NCBI GenBank assembly: GCA_026003235.1
Contig: BPGW01000001.1
Location: 216,224-280,223 of the forward strand
Direction of reading: 5' to 3'
Origin: Bacteroidia bacterium
GTDB lineage: Bacteria; Bacteroidota; Bacteroidia; SpSt-205
Length of the DNA stretch: 64,000 bases
Part shown: positions 53,692 to 64,000 of the stretch, piece by piece
Layout: each line of letters starts with the position of its first letter
How positions within the stretch are numbered: the first letter of the stretch is position 1
Program-made: the position numbers and the translations under genes
The notes under the pieces: generated by a model
Told to the model about the DNA's origin: nothing
Database searches by the model: none
The model's input: only the letters and a program-made list of their open reading frames with translations

Positions 53692-54392
53692 TGGCGCGGG
53701 TCTTTATGGTCTTTTCGCAGGGCCTCTTCCATCCAGGCAAAGCGCTGGCGAAACTTACGGTTGGTTTGCTCAAGGGCCTGTTCGGGGTTCAGGCCCAGGT
53801 GCCGAGCCAGGTTCACCAGCACAAAGAGTACGTCCCCGAGTTCGGTCTGGGCAGCGGGGTAGTCCTCTTTTTGGAGAGCTGCTTGAAGCTCGGCCAGCTC
53901 TTCTTGGAGTTTGGGCCACATTTCTTGGGGCTTGGCCCAGTCAAAGCCGAGCGCAGCGGCTTTTTCCTGGAGACGATAGGCCTTCAGGAGGGGAGGCAGC
54001 CGCTCCGGCACGCTAGCGAGGGGGGAGCGCTGTTTCTCAGCTTGCTTGAGGGCTTCCCATCGGGCGAGGACGGTCTGGGCGTCATGGGCCTCCGCTTGGC
54101 CATACACATGAGGATGACGAGCAATAAGCTTATGGATGAGCTGCTCTACAACTTGGGGAAGGCTAGTGAGGCCGGCTTCTTCCGCCAGCCGCGCGTAAAA
54201 AACCACATGCAGGAGCACATCCCCCAGCTCTTCTGTGATGCCGGCGGGGTCTCGCTGCTCAATCGCTTCAAGCAGTTCGGCTACTTCTTCCCACGTCAGG
54301 GGGGCCAGACTCTCAAAGGTCTGGGCGCGGTCCCAGGGGCACCGTTCTCGCAGCTCCGCTACGATGGCCTGCAGGCGTGCAAACGCCTCCAC
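53634..54392 (-). CDS. mazG: nucleoside triphosphate pyrophosphohydrolase MazG
   Basis: 252 aa, GTG start. RERCPWDRAQTFESLAPLTWEEVAELLEA, EELGDVLLHVVF, and a second half with ELGDVLFVLVNLAR. Confidence 0.9.
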   Translation of the reverse strand: MEAFARLQAIVAELRERCPWDRAQTFESLAPLTWEEVAELLEAIEQRDPAGITEELGDVLLHVVFYARLAEEAGLTSLPQVVEQLIHKLIARHPHVYGQAEAHDAQTVLARWEALKQAEKQRSPLASVPERLPPLLKAYRLQEKAAALGFDWAKPQEMWPKLQEELAELQAALQKEDYPAAQTELGDVLFVLVNLARHLGLNPEQALEQTNRKFRQRFAWMEEALRKDHKDPRQCSLEELDSYWQASKAYYP

Positions 54393-54396
54393 TCAG

Positions 54397-54404
54397 CAAA
54401 AGTA
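54397..54404 (-). promoter_or_regulatory. -7 promoter box TACTTTTG upstream of mazG
   Basis: Exact TAnnTTTG on the minus strand, 4 nt upstream of GTG 54392. Confidence 0.45.
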
Positions 54405-54426
54405 CGTTCTCTTGCCCAAAGCAGGC

Positions 54427-56613
54427 TCACCAGGTGTAGCGGAGGGTAAGGCTGCCCATACGCCCCATAATGGGCCCCCATACCAGGGCTGCGTCAAAAG
54501 AGGGAGCGAAAGGGGTTTCGGCCCCCCGCACCGGCAGGCTTTGGCGAAAGTTGTTCAGGTTTTCGCCGGCAAGTTGGATTTCCCATTGGTCTATCCGGTG
54601 GGTCAGTTGGAGGGTTAGGAGGGCGTAGGCGGGGGTGTAAGTAGGTTGGGGGTTCTCCCAGGTGGCGGGGAGGCGCTGGGCACCCGTCCATGAGACGATA
54701 GCGTCGGCTTGCCAGCGTCGGCTCAGCGTCAGCCAAGAAGCCCACAGCACCGCCCGATCCCGTGGTAGCAAAGGCCGAAACACCTTACCTGAGCCTAGGG
54801 GCCACCACACCTCTTGGTGCTTGTAACTAAGCAAAAGGCGCAGGCGGTCCGGCACTTCATACAAGATCTCGCCGTACAGGGTCTGGTAAAGGGCAGGGCG
54901 GTCAGCGGAGAAAACTTGGATTTGTCCGGGCTGCTCTAGGTTCCATAGCAGCGCCCTGCGCAGGTGAGCTTGCACCCCATCGGCGGAGAGGCGTAGGATT
55001 CCACTGCCTACAGAGAAGCTCTGCTGCCAGAAAAAGCCGTAGCTCCAGCTCTCTTCTACGGCGGGCCAGCCTGGGAAGTGAAATCGCCAAAGGCGGTTAG
55101 ACATCAAGAAGGGGAAGGTCTCGGCCATGGGGTCGGGTACCCGCCAGGCTCGGCCTCCTGAGAGTCGCACCGCTCCCGTGGTGTGATACTGCCAGCGCAG
55201 GTGCAGGCGAGGGGCGGCTTGCCAGCCCCAGTAGGAGTGCCAGTCTGCCCTGCCGCCCAGCACGACAGACAGCTGGGGAGAGGGGGTCAGGGTGAACTCT
55301 GTAAAAGCCCCACCCACAGCTTCAGGCCGGGTCCAACTGGTGTCGTAGCCGTGCCAGGTGGCCAGGCTTTCGGCGTAATGAGCGGTCCGCCCTTCCAGGC
55401 CTGTCTGTAGAAGCCATCGGGTGTCCCCTATCGGCAAGCGGTAGATGAACTGGCCCCACAGCAGAGGCTGCCGAGCGGTGTACCGGTTGAAGCCCGCCTG
55501 CAACTCCTCTGCGTAAAAGCGTCCTTGCATGAGCAGGCTCAGGCCCCGGCCCTGGGCCTTTACCCAGCCCCGACGCAGCGAAATCTGGCCCATGCGTAGC
55601 CCTTGGTAGGTTCCCCAAGCGGTGAGGGCGGCGATCTGCCCCGGTTCCCGGAAAGCAACTTGTCCCCCCCAGCGGTAGTCCCATAGCCCTTCGGCTTCTG
55701 CTTCCGCCAGGCCGCCTGTAGAGTCTTTGCGATACACTTTGATTAGACCATGTCCATGCCGGTAAAGGGGAATATCCAAAAACCCATCCCCGTTGTGGTC
55801 CTGGAGGAAAGCTGACTGCCAGGGGGTCCAGCCTGCGTTGGTCAGGATCAGGTAAGGCTGGCGGTGCTTCCATTTGCCCTGCCAGCGGCTAGCCAGGAAA
55901 AACTCCCCTGGGCTGCGAGCAAAAGCCTCTATAGCACGGGCCGACTCGTCGGAGCTGAGGTACTGAACCTGAATTTGACCCGCTGCCCCGTCAAAGCCGC
56001 TTACCACGCTGCCTATGCCTTTGGCCACGGCCAGGTTTTGTACCCACAGCGCAGGCAGAAAAGCCGCTGACCAAGGGCGGTAAAGGCCGAGGGAAAGGGG
56101 CTTGTTTTCGTAGCTGAGCGGACTGTGCGCCGGTTCAAAGCCTAAGAGTCGGAGCTGCTTTACGCCCAGCCCGCCATCCGAGTAAGCGGCATCCACAAGG
56201 GCTGTTCCTTCAAAGGCTTCGGAGAGGTTGCAGCAGGGCGCAGCGGTAAGGGCTTGTCGGCTCCAGGTCTGTAAGGCTTGGGGCGCTTGGGGACTCAGGC
56301 CAATGGCTGGGCCCTGCTGGGCAATCACCTGCGTGGGCAAGCGAGGCGCCGGCCGAACCTCCCATACGAGGGAGGCCGTGGGCGGACCCTCTACTTGCAA
56401 ACTCTCAGGGGTAGCTTCCGAACGCAGCCAAGCCGGCCAACGGGCGGGCATCGGCAATCTAAACCGGCCGTCCCTATCTGTAACAGTTCCGCCCTCTTCT
56501 CCGCTCCACCAGACCCGCATACCCGGCAGGGGCACCCCGCCTTCCTGGAGGACTCCCACTACTTGTCCCCAAACCACACTTCCTATAAGCAGGCCGAAAA
56601 TCCCCTTTACCAT
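54427..56613 (-). CDS. TonB-dependent receptor (CarboxypepD_reg-like N-terminus)
   Basis: Start ATG 56613 gives MVKGIFGLLIGSVVWGQ (signal peptide), preceded by the near-consensus TACCTTTA box 4 nt upstream. C-terminal ...SLTLRYTW. The track ORF begins at an upstream TTG. Confidence 0.75.
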   Translation of the reverse strand: MVKGIFGLLIGSVVWGQVVGVLQEGGVPLPGMRVWWSGEEGGTVTDRDGRFRLPMPARWPAWLRSEATPESLQVEGPPTASLVWEVRPAPRLPTQVIAQQGPAIGLSPQAPQALQTWSRQALTAAPCCNLSEAFEGTALVDAAYSDGGLGVKQLRLLGFEPAHSPLSYENKPLSLGLYRPWSAAFLPALWVQNLAVAKGIGSVVSGFDGAAGQIQVQYLSSDESARAIEAFARSPGEFFLASRWQGKWKHRQPYLILTNAGWTPWQSAFLQDHNGDGFLDIPLYRHGHGLIKVYRKDSTGGLAEAEAEGLWDYRWGGQVAFREPGQIAALTAWGTYQGLRMGQISLRRGWVKAQGRGLSLLMQGRFYAEELQAGFNRYTARQPLLWGQFIYRLPIGDTRWLLQTGLEGRTAHYAESLATWHGYDTSWTRPEAVGGAFTEFTLTPSPQLSVVLGGRADWHSYWGWQAAPRLHLRWQYHTTGAVRLSGGRAWRVPDPMAETFPFLMSNRLWRFHFPGWPAVEESWSYGFFWQQSFSVGSGILRLSADGVQAHLRRALLWNLEQPGQIQVFSADRPALYQTLYGEILYEVPDRLRLLLSYKHQEVWWPLGSGKVFRPLLPRDRAVLWASWLTLSRRWQADAIVSWTGAQRLPATWENPQPTYTPAYALLTLQLTHRIDQWEIQLAGENLNNFRQSLPVRGAETPFAPSFDAALVWGPIMGRMGSLTLRYTW

Positions 56614-56730
56614 CCAATAAAGGTACACATCCGGGGCGATTTTTCTGGCGCTCTCCTTTAGCCCTCCCTCACCATGGGCATCTGGAAAAAAAGCAAACTC
56701 AACTAAGCTCTTTCGCAACGCAGGTATGCG

Positions 56731-56738
56731 TACATTTG
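56731..56738 (+). promoter_or_regulatory. -7 promoter box TACATTTG upstream of the ompA-family gene
   Basis: Exact TAnnTTTG 5 nt upstream of ATG 56744. Lies inside the longer track ORF. Confidence 0.45.
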
Positions 56739-56743
56739 TGCCG

Positions 56744-58627
56744 ATGCGGTCAAGAGCCTTGATTAGGTATTTTGTGGTGGGGGTGTTGTTTGGGGAGGCC
56801 CTGTGGGCCCAGGCATCCCTCCGCTCGGTCGAGCGGCGCTACTACAAAGGGGAATACCTCGCTCTGGCTGAGGAGAGCGTGGATCCCGACCAAGCGCCCC
56901 CCAAGCAGCTGCTGTATTACGCCAGCGCTTACTACCGGCTTGGGGAGCGGGAACGCGCTTACCAGGCCTACCAGAAGGCTTTCGCGAAAATCAGCCCCAC
57001 CGAAGTGGAGCCCCACTTCCTTGCGGAATATGGGCGCTTGTGTCTGGAGTACGAAAACCCCACCCTCGCCCTCCAGCTTTTTAACGAAGCCCTCCAGCGT
57101 ACGACTTCCCCAGACTCCCAAAACCTTCTGAGCCGGTACATCGCCTATGCGAATCAACTCAAGTCCTACCAGGAGCCTCCTCCCCAGGGTTACCGATGGG
57201 TGGCTTACAATCTGGGCGCCTTCAACACCCCAGCGCACGAGTACTCGCTCTTTATTCACAAGGGGCGCCTGTACTTCATTTCTCGCCGCGACCCAGAGCG
57301 GGGGCAGGACCCCGAAGACCTCCTCCCCCACGAAGCCCTCTATTGGGCTAAAGTAGGGGATTCCACTGTGAAACCCGTTGGATTTTTCTCAAGCAAGCAC
57401 GAGGGGATCGCAGGCTTTGTAGGTGATACGCTCATCGTGTACCGGTCAGCCCGGCGCCGAGGGGACTTCTATATCGCTTACCCTTCTGGCGACGCTTGGA
57501 CCCAGCCCGTCAAATGGAAAGCCTTCCCCAATAGCCGTAAAGGCAGCGAAGACGCTCTCTGCGAAGACCCGAAAACAGGCGAGATTATCTTTAGCTCAGA
57601 CCGCAAGGGCACCCTCGGCGGCAAGGATCTCTGGGTCACTCGTCGGCTCCCCAGCGGTAAGTTCGCCCCGCCAGAAAACCTCTCGGTCCTCAATAGCCCC
57701 TACAACGAAGATGCCCCCTTCATCGTAGGGGATACGCTCTATTTTGCCCACGATGGGCCGGGGAGCTTGGGTGGGTACGACCTGTACAGAAGCGTGCGCC
57801 AGCCCGGCGGCGGCTGGAGCAAGCCCGAACGCCTGCCGAAGCCTTTCAATAGCCCTGCGCATGATAGCTATCTCTTCTACCAGAATCCGGACTCGGTGTA
57901 CCTCTCTTCGTCGCGGGTCGGAGGTAAAGGCCGCGTAGACTTGTACCTGATGGTGCGACAGCCTCTGCCGCCGCCTCCGCCCGAGGGGCCCGCTCCAGCT
58001 CCCCGGGTCTACAGCTTGCGGATCCGTACCTACGATGCGCGCACGGGCCAACCTGTGCAGGCTTACGCCCGCCTGCGCCCTCCTGAAGGGGAGGTCCTTT
58101 CCGGCCGCACAAGCGCCGCTGGAGAGCTGACCCAGCCTAAGCCCCCCGCTGGTACTTACCTCCTTGAGGTGTGGGCCGATGGCTACGCCACCGCCCTCAC
58201 GCCCGTCACGATCCCCGATGCCGGCGATGCCCAGGAAGAAGTGGCCATGCTCTCTGCCGAAGAGCTCAAAAAACTCCGCCTGCCCCGCCTGCACTTCAAC
58301 TTTGACAAGTACGACCTGCGTGCAGAAGCGCCCGCAGCCCTAGACACCGTTCTGCGCATCCTCCAGCAGTATCCTACCCTCGTGATAGAGGTGGCAGGGC
58401 ACACCGACAGCATTGGCACGCAGCGGTACAACCAGGGCCTCTCCGAAAGGCGGGCTAACACTGTATATAACTACCTGATTGAGCGGGGGGTCTCGCCAGC
58501 ACGGCTCAAGCCTCGCGGCTACAGCGAGGATCGTCCCTTAGTGCCCAATGACACCCCATACCGCCGCTTCCTCAACCGGCGGGTGGAGTTTGTGCCGCTT
58601 GTAGGCCGCCCCCCAGAAATGGAATAA
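56744..58627 (+). CDS. OmpA family protein with TPR, TolB-like beta-propeller repeats and C-terminal OmpA peptidoglycan-binding domain
   Basis: Signal MRSRALIRYFVVGVLFGEALWAQ. C-terminal LHFNFDKYDLR...VAGHTDSIGTQRYNQGLSERRANTVYNYL...NRRVEF. Confidence 0.85.
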   Translation: MRSRALIRYFVVGVLFGEALWAQASLRSVERRYYKGEYLALAEESVDPDQAPPKQLLYYASAYYRLGERERAYQAYQKAFAKISPTEVEPHFLAEYGRLCLEYENPTLALQLFNEALQRTTSPDSQNLLSRYIAYANQLKSYQEPPPQGYRWVAYNLGAFNTPAHEYSLFIHKGRLYFISRRDPERGQDPEDLLPHEALYWAKVGDSTVKPVGFFSSKHEGIAGFVGDTLIVYRSARRRGDFYIAYPSGDAWTQPVKWKAFPNSRKGSEDALCEDPKTGEIIFSSDRKGTLGGKDLWVTRRLPSGKFAPPENLSVLNSPYNEDAPFIVGDTLYFAHDGPGSLGGYDLYRSVRQPGGGWSKPERLPKPFNSPAHDSYLFYQNPDSVYLSSSRVGGKGRVDLYLMVRQPLPPPPPEGPAPAPRVYSLRIRTYDARTGQPVQAYARLRPPEGEVLSGRTSAAGELTQPKPPAGTYLLEVWADGYATALTPVTIPDAGDAQEEVAMLSAEELKKLRLPRLHFNFDKYDLRAEAPAALDTVLRILQQYPTLVIEVAGHTDSIGTQRYNQGLSERRANTVYNYLIERGVSPARLKPRGYSEDRPLVPNDTPYRRFLNRRVEFVPLVGRPPEME

Positions 58628-58653
58628 AAGGGCTAGACCCAGGCCATCCAGCC

Positions 58654-58661
58654 TAACTTTG
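58654..58661 (+). promoter_or_regulatory. -7 promoter box TAACTTTG upstream of hsdM
   Basis: Exact TAnnTTTG 7 nt upstream of ATG 58669. Confidence 0.4.
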
Positions 58662-58668
58662 CGCTGGT

Positions 58669-60282
58669 ATGGGCCGTTGCGGCTCTCCTAACCCACCTCA
58701 AGCAGGGGGCGCTATTATGGGGTTTGAGGCTGAGCTCTGGGCGGCCGCCAACAAACTACGCGGCAGCATGGACGCCGCCGAGTACAAGCATGTCGTCCTG
58801 GGCCTTATCTTCCTCAAGTACATCTCCGACGCCTTCGAGGAGCACCGCAGGCGTATTGTGCAGGATCCCTATGCAGACCCCGAAGACCCCGATGAATACC
58901 GCGCCTTCAACGTCTTCTGGGTTCCACCGGAAGCTCGCTGGGAGACGCTTCAGCAAAACGCCCGTCAGCCCACCCTCGGTAAATTAGTAGATGATGCGAT
59001 GGTGGCCATTGAGCGCGAAAACCCGACACTCAAGGGCGTACTGCTCAAGGATTACGCCCGTCCAGCCCTTGATAAGCAGCGCCTCGGCCAGCTCATTGAC
59101 CTCATCAGCAACATCAAGGTTGGCGACGAGGAGGCACGAGCTAAAGACGTGCTTGGCCGCGTTTACGAGTATTTCCTCTCGCAGTTTGCCAGCGCCGAAG
59201 GCAAAAAAGCCGGGGAGTTTTACACCCCGCGTTGTGTGGTGAAGCTGCTGGTGGAGATGTTGGAGCCTTACCAGGGCCGCGTTTATGACCCCTGCTGTGG
59301 CTCGGCGGGGATGTTCGTGCAGTCGATGGAGTTTATCCGCGCACACGCCAACGGCAATGGCAACGGCGGAAAAGCCAAAGCCGACCTCTCCATCTACGGG
59401 CAAGAACTCAACTACACCACTTGGCGCCTGGCTAAAATGAACTTGGCTATCCGGGGCATTGACGGCCAGATCGAGCAGGGTGACACCTTCTCGAAAGACC
59501 GCTTCCCAGACCTCAAGGCCGACTATATCCTGGCCAACCCACCCTTCAACATGAAAGATTGGGGTGGAGAGCGCCTGCGCGACGACAAGCGGTGGAAGTA
59601 CGGCGTACCACCCGCAAACAACGCCAACTTCGCCTGGGTCCAGCACATCCTCCACCACCTGGCGCCTGCCGGCTACGCCGGATTCGTCCTGGCCAACGGC
59701 TCCATGACAAGCAACCAGTCCGGTGAAGGCGAGATCCGGAAAAATATCATAGAAGCGGACCTCGTGGAGTGTATGGTAGCCCTCCCCGACAAGCTTTTTT
59801 ACTCTACGCAGATTCCCGCTTGCCTGTGGTTTTTGGCGCGGGACAAAAGCGGCTACCCGCCCGCAGGACAAAAAAACCGCTTGCGCGATCGCCGAGGGGA
59901 GGTGCTCTTCATGGATGCTCGCAAAATGGGCCGCATGGTGGATCGCGTCCACCGCGAGCTAACCGACGAGGAAATCCAGAAGATCGCTCGCACCTACCAC
60001 GCCTGGCGCGGGGAGGTAGGGCCGGACGGCAGCCCCCTTCAATACCAGGACATCCCGGGCTTCTGCAAGAGCGTTACCCTTGACGAGATCCGCCGGCAGG
60101 GTTATGTCCTCACCCCTGGCCGCTATGTGGGCACAGAAAAGCAAGAAGACGACAGCGAGCCGTTCGAGAAGAAGATGCAGCGGCTGGTGGCGCAGCTGCG
60201 CGAGCAGCAGGCCGAGGCCGCCAAGCTCGACGCCGCCATCGCGACCAACCTGAAGGAGCTGGGTTTTTGGGGGACGCTGTGA
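58669..60282 (+). CDS. hsdM: type I restriction-modification system methyltransferase subunit HsdM
   Basis: [36 protein letters not shown], AdoMet motif [12 protein letters not shown], catalytic NPPF ([12 protein letters not shown]). An alternative start at ATG 58717 (MGFEAELW) is possible. Confidence 0.92.
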   Translation: MGRCGSPNPPQAGGAIMGFEAELWAAANKLRGSMDAAEYKHVVLGLIFLKYISDAFEEHRRRIVQDPYADPEDPDEYRAFNVFWVPPEARWETLQQNARQPTLGKLVDDAMVAIERENPTLKGVLLKDYARPALDKQRLGQLIDLISNIKVGDEEARAKDVLGRVYEYFLSQFASAEGKKAGEFYTPRCVVKLLVEMLEPYQGRVYDPCCGSAGMFVQSMEFIRAHANGNGNGGKAKADLSIYGQELNYTTWRLAKMNLAIRGIDGQIEQGDTFSKDRFPDLKADYILANPPFNMKDWGGERLRDDKRWKYGVPPANNANFAWVQHILHHLAPAGYAGFVLANGSMTSNQSGEGEIRKNIIEADLVECMVALPDKLFYSTQIPACLWFLARDKSGYPPAGQKNRLRDRRGEVLFMDARKMGRMVDRVHRELTDEEIQKIARTYHAWRGEVGPDGSPLQYQDIPGFCKSVTLDEIRRQGYVLTPGRYVGTEKQEDDSEPFEKKMQRLVAQLREQQAEAAKLDAAIATNLKELGFWGTL

Positions 60283-61973
60283 TGACACCCGAACGCCTCC
60301 AGGAACTGATCGCCGCCGGCGAATCACTCGACGTCGAATTCAAAGGCGAAGAACGAAAGCCGCTCTCGGACGACGAACTCGTCGAAACCGTCGTCTGCCT
60401 AGCCAATCGGTCGTCGAGTGCTTCGGCATGGCTCCTCATCGGTGTGGAGGATGATGGGAGGGTAACCGGAGCACGACCGCGGCATGAATCCGGGCGAACG
60501 GACCCTTTACGACTCGCCGCGCTCATTGCCAATCGCACCCGGCCCTCCCTAACTGCGCGGGTAGCCCTGGTCTCCTTGGAGGGCAAGGAGGTCATCACGC
60601 TCGAGGTGCCGTCGGTACAGACCCCCGTAGGCACAACGGCTGGCAAGTATCTGCGCCGAGCCCTCGGGGGCGACGGGAAGCCTTGCTGCTTGCCCATGTT
60701 TTTCCACGAAATGCACGCTCGGCAAGCCGACCGAGGCGCCGAGGATTACTCCGCCTTGGTCCTGCCGAATGCCACTTGGGACGATCTGGATCCCTTAGAG
60801 TTCGAACGCTTCCGCCGCAGCATCCGCGAACGACGCGGTGGCGACCCCTCCTTGCTTACCCTGCCGGACTTAGAACTGGCCAAGGCGCTGGGCGCCGTGG
60901 AAGCCAACGGCCAGGTCCGAAACGTCCGCGTGCTGGGCCTACTCCTATTCGGCAAGGAAGAATCGCTGCGGCGTCTCCTGCCCACCCACGAGGTCGCCTT
61001 TCAGGTGCTGGCCGGCCACAGGGTCGAGGTCAACGACTTCTTTCGCTGGCCGCTCCTGCGCGTCATGGAGGAATGCGAACAGCGCTTTGCCGCCCGCAAC
61101 CGGGAGCGGGAAATCCTGGTGGGGATGCTTCGCATAGGCGTCCCGGATTATCCGCCGGCCGCCTTCCGCGAGGCCCTGGCCAACGCGCTCATCCATCGTG
61201 ACTACACCCGCCTTGGGGCGGTTCACATCCAATGGCACTCCGACCGTCTTGAGATCTCCAACCCTGGCGGCTTTCCCGAAGGTGTGCGGCCCGACAATCT
61301 CCTCGTCACAGCGCCGCGGCCACGCAACCCGCTTCTGGCCGATGCCTTCAAGCGGGCCGGCATTGTTGAGCGTACCGCGCGCGGCATCGACACCATCTTC
61401 TACGAGCAACTGCGCAACGGTCGTCCCACACCCTCCTACGACCGCAGCAACGAGGCCGGGGTTGTCCTGGTGCTGCCTGGCGGAGAAGCTAACCTGGAGT
61501 TCGTCCGCCTTCTCGTTGAGGAATCGCGTGCCGGGCGCGATCTGGGACTGGACGATCTCCTGATGCTGAACGCCCTCTGGCGCGATCGGAGGCTGACCAC
61601 GGAGGAAGCCGCCCGTCTGAGCCAGAAGCCGGAGGCTGAAGTGCGAGCCACCCTCAGCCGCCTCGTTGAGATGGGGCTGGTCGAATCGCGCGGCGAACGC
61701 AAGGGCCGCACCTGGCACCTCTCCGCAGTAACCTACCGCCGCCTCGGGCAACCCGCCGCCTATGTCCACCAGCGCGGCTTCGAGCCGCTGCAGCAGAAAC
61801 AGATGGTCCTGCAATACGTGGAAAAGCACGGGCGGATTACACGCAGAGAGGCGGCAGAACTGTGCAGGCTTGGGCCGCACCAGGCCACGCGGCTCCTCGA
61901 CCGATTGGTCAAGGATGGCCACTTGGTGCGCTTGGGAACGAAGAAGGGCACCTATTATCAGCAAAGGACATAA
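60282..61973 (+). CDS. AlbA_2 (Schlafen-like) domain / HATPase_c_4 / tandem wHTH protein (COG2865-type putative regulator) embedded in the R-M operon
   Basis: [23 protein letters not shown]... (AlbA_2), FREALANALIHRDYTRLGAVHIQWHSDRLEISNPGGFPEG...RNPLLADAF (HATPase_c_4-like), and two C-terminal wHTH-like segments. TGATG overlap with the hsdM stop. Confidence 0.8.
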   Translation: MTPERLQELIAAGESLDVEFKGEERKPLSDDELVETVVCLANRSSSASAWLLIGVEDDGRVTGARPRHESGRTDPLRLAALIANRTRPSLTARVALVSLEGKEVITLEVPSVQTPVGTTAGKYLRRALGGDGKPCCLPMFFHEMHARQADRGAEDYSALVLPNATWDDLDPLEFERFRRSIRERRGGDPSLLTLPDLELAKALGAVEANGQVRNVRVLGLLLFGKEESLRRLLPTHEVAFQVLAGHRVEVNDFFRWPLLRVMEECEQRFAARNREREILVGMLRIGVPDYPPAAFREALANALIHRDYTRLGAVHIQWHSDRLEISNPGGFPEGVRPDNLLVTAPRPRNPLLADAFKRAGIVERTARGIDTIFYEQLRNGRPTPSYDRSNEAGVVLVLPGGEANLEFVRLLVEESRAGRDLGLDDLLMLNALWRDRRLTTEEAARLSQKPEAEVRATLSRLVEMGLVESRGERKGRTWHLSAVTYRRLGQPAAYVHQRGFEPLQQKQMVLQYVEKHGRITRREAAELCRLGPHQATRLLDRLVKDGHLVRLGTKKGTYYQQRT

Positions 61974-61974
61974 A

Positions 61975-62023
61975 ATATGAGCGCGAACCAAATAGATATG
62001 AGCGCGCTCATAAATATGAGCGC
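61975..62023. promoter_or_regulatory. operator-like repeat cluster: perfect 16-bp palindrome TATGAGCGCGCTCATA flanked by two direct TATGAGCG half-sites
   Basis: Half-sites at 61976-61983, 61997-62004, 62005-12 (inverted) and 62015-62022. Spacings are 21 and 18 bp. Lies in the only sizeable gap of the R-M operon, 2 nt after the stop of the wHTH gene. Confidence 0.4.
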
Positions 62024-62193
62024 TTCGCCAAAAACCCCGCGCCCCAATCACACCGCGCAGCGCGTGCTTCAGCGTTTGTCGGTGCCTGTGTCTGCCGAAG
62101 CCCCGTGGCTGGATGCGGCGATCTAGAAGAGCCTGGCGGACCTGCAAGCAGAACTGGCCAAGCTGGATGAGCAAGATCCGAAAGAGCAAGCCT

Positions 62194-63470
<1,277 letters not shown>

Positions 63471-63474
<4 letters not shown>

Positions 63475-64000
63475 TTGATCAGCATGGTACGGGCAGGTTT
63501 GAAGCCCGCCCTAACCGCTGCAGCATCCGCCTGAAGGGATACGATTATTCGCAGGCTGGGGCCTATTTCATCACGATTTGCACAAAGGATCGCGCGTGTC
63601 TGTTCGGAGAGGTGGTAAATGGCGAAATGCGGTTGAATGATTTCGGCCAGGTTGTGCACAGCGTTTGGAATAATTTGCCAAACCATTATGCAGGTATAGC
63701 AATGGACGCGTTCGTTGTGATGCCAAACCATGTGCATGGAATCGTTATCATTGTAGGGGCGGGTTTGAAACCCGCCCCTATAACCACCGCCGCCCCTGCA
63801 ACCACCGCCGCCCCTACGCAACACGGCCTGCCCGAAATCATTCGCGGTTTCAAAACATTTTCTGCACGCCGCATCAACGAATTGCGCGGTACGCCTGGGG
63901 TGCCAATTTGGCAACGTAATTATTACGAACATATCATTCGCAACGAAGAATCGCTGCATCGCATCCGGCAATACATCCTTGACAACCCCGCACGGTGGGT
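63471..64000 (+). CDS. REP-associated tyrosine transposase (RAYT / IS200-like Y1 HUH transposase), 3' end outside the window
   Basis: Absent from the ORF track (no stop in the window). My translation: MIDQHGTGRFEARPNRCSIRLKGYDYSQAGAYFITICTKDR...FVVMPNHVHGIVII (HUH)...HGLPEIIRGFKTFSARRINELRG...WQRNYYEHIIRNE (catalytic Tyr). ATGA overlap with the hsdS stop. Confidence 0.85.
63491..63511. repeat. GC-rich hairpin copy 1 (GGGCAGGTTTGAAGCCCGCCC) inside the RAYT ORF
   Basis: Imperfect inverted repeat (7-bp stem with one mismatch). Differs at 2 positions from copy 2. Encodes GRFEARP. Confidence 0.6.
63754..63780. repeat. GC-rich hairpin copy 2: perfect 13-bp-arm palindrome TAGGGGCGGGTTT-G-AAACCCGCCCCTA inside the RAYT ORF
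   Basis: Arms at 63754-63766 and 63768-63780 are exact reverse complements. Encodes VGAGLKPAP, between the HUH motif and the catalytic Tyr. Confidence 0.8.
63782..63817 (+). repeat. 2 x 18-bp tandem duplication (AACCACCGCCGCCCCTGC / ...AC)
   Basis: The two units differ at one base. They are in frame and encode TTAAPATTAAPT directly after hairpin copy 2. Confidence 0.8.

Noticed and set aside
59870-59876. A7 tract inside hsdM as a possible phase-variation switch.
   Set aside because: The tract is short compared with known phase-variable tracts (usually 9 or more) and the gene is in frame. There is no evidence of length heterogeneity from a single sequence.

Overview
About 60% GC, densely packed chromosomal segment of roughly 65 genes, with many ATGA/TGATG start-stop overlaps. 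Gene content and signals point to the Bacteroidota/Rhodothermota (FCB) lineage. The evidence is PorV plus two T9SS C-terminal-domain cargo proteins, DUF4290-murA-rbfA-ftsX synteny, two TonB-dependent receptors, and 15 exact TAnnTTTG (-7 box) motifs sitting 3-23 nt upstream of starts. Most of the window is housekeeping: sufS-sufBCD, ffh, accC, a GH1 glucosidase, an S41 protease, uvrD, murA, rbfA, anmK, pspA, fbp, tRNA-Ser(UGA), mutL, ruvC, ftsY, surE, ftsH, lpxH and mazG. Accessory content includes a persulfide-dioxygenase/rhodanese module, tauE, a 1394-aa membrane sensor ending in a PP2C phosphatase, and a thioredoxin-NHL protein. Four observations stand out. (1) Four conserved genes in the first 14.4 kb (sufB, a hotdog thioesterase, the S41 protease, uvrD) are each broken by a single-base indel. 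Three of the four sit in runs of 3-6 identical bases and the fourth cannot be placed exactly, so this is either an assembly-error signature or real decay. (2) The right end (58.7-64 kb) holds a mosaic Type I R-M locus: hsdM, an embedded AlbA_2/Schlafen-like ATPase-wHTH gene (COG2865 type), a gap with a perfect 16-bp palindrome flanked by half-site repeats, hsdS with AT-rich target recognition domains, and a translationally coupled RAYT-type HUH transposase. That transposase carries two copies of a GC-rich hairpin inside its own reading frame. No hsdR is visible in the window. (3) tRNA-Ser ends 1 nt before the fbp start codon. (4) One T9SS cargo is Cys-rich with a CUB-like domain and the other has a NIDO-like domain. 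No CRISPR array, rRNA or prophage was seen. All homology statements come from my recognition of motifs in the translations, not from database searches.
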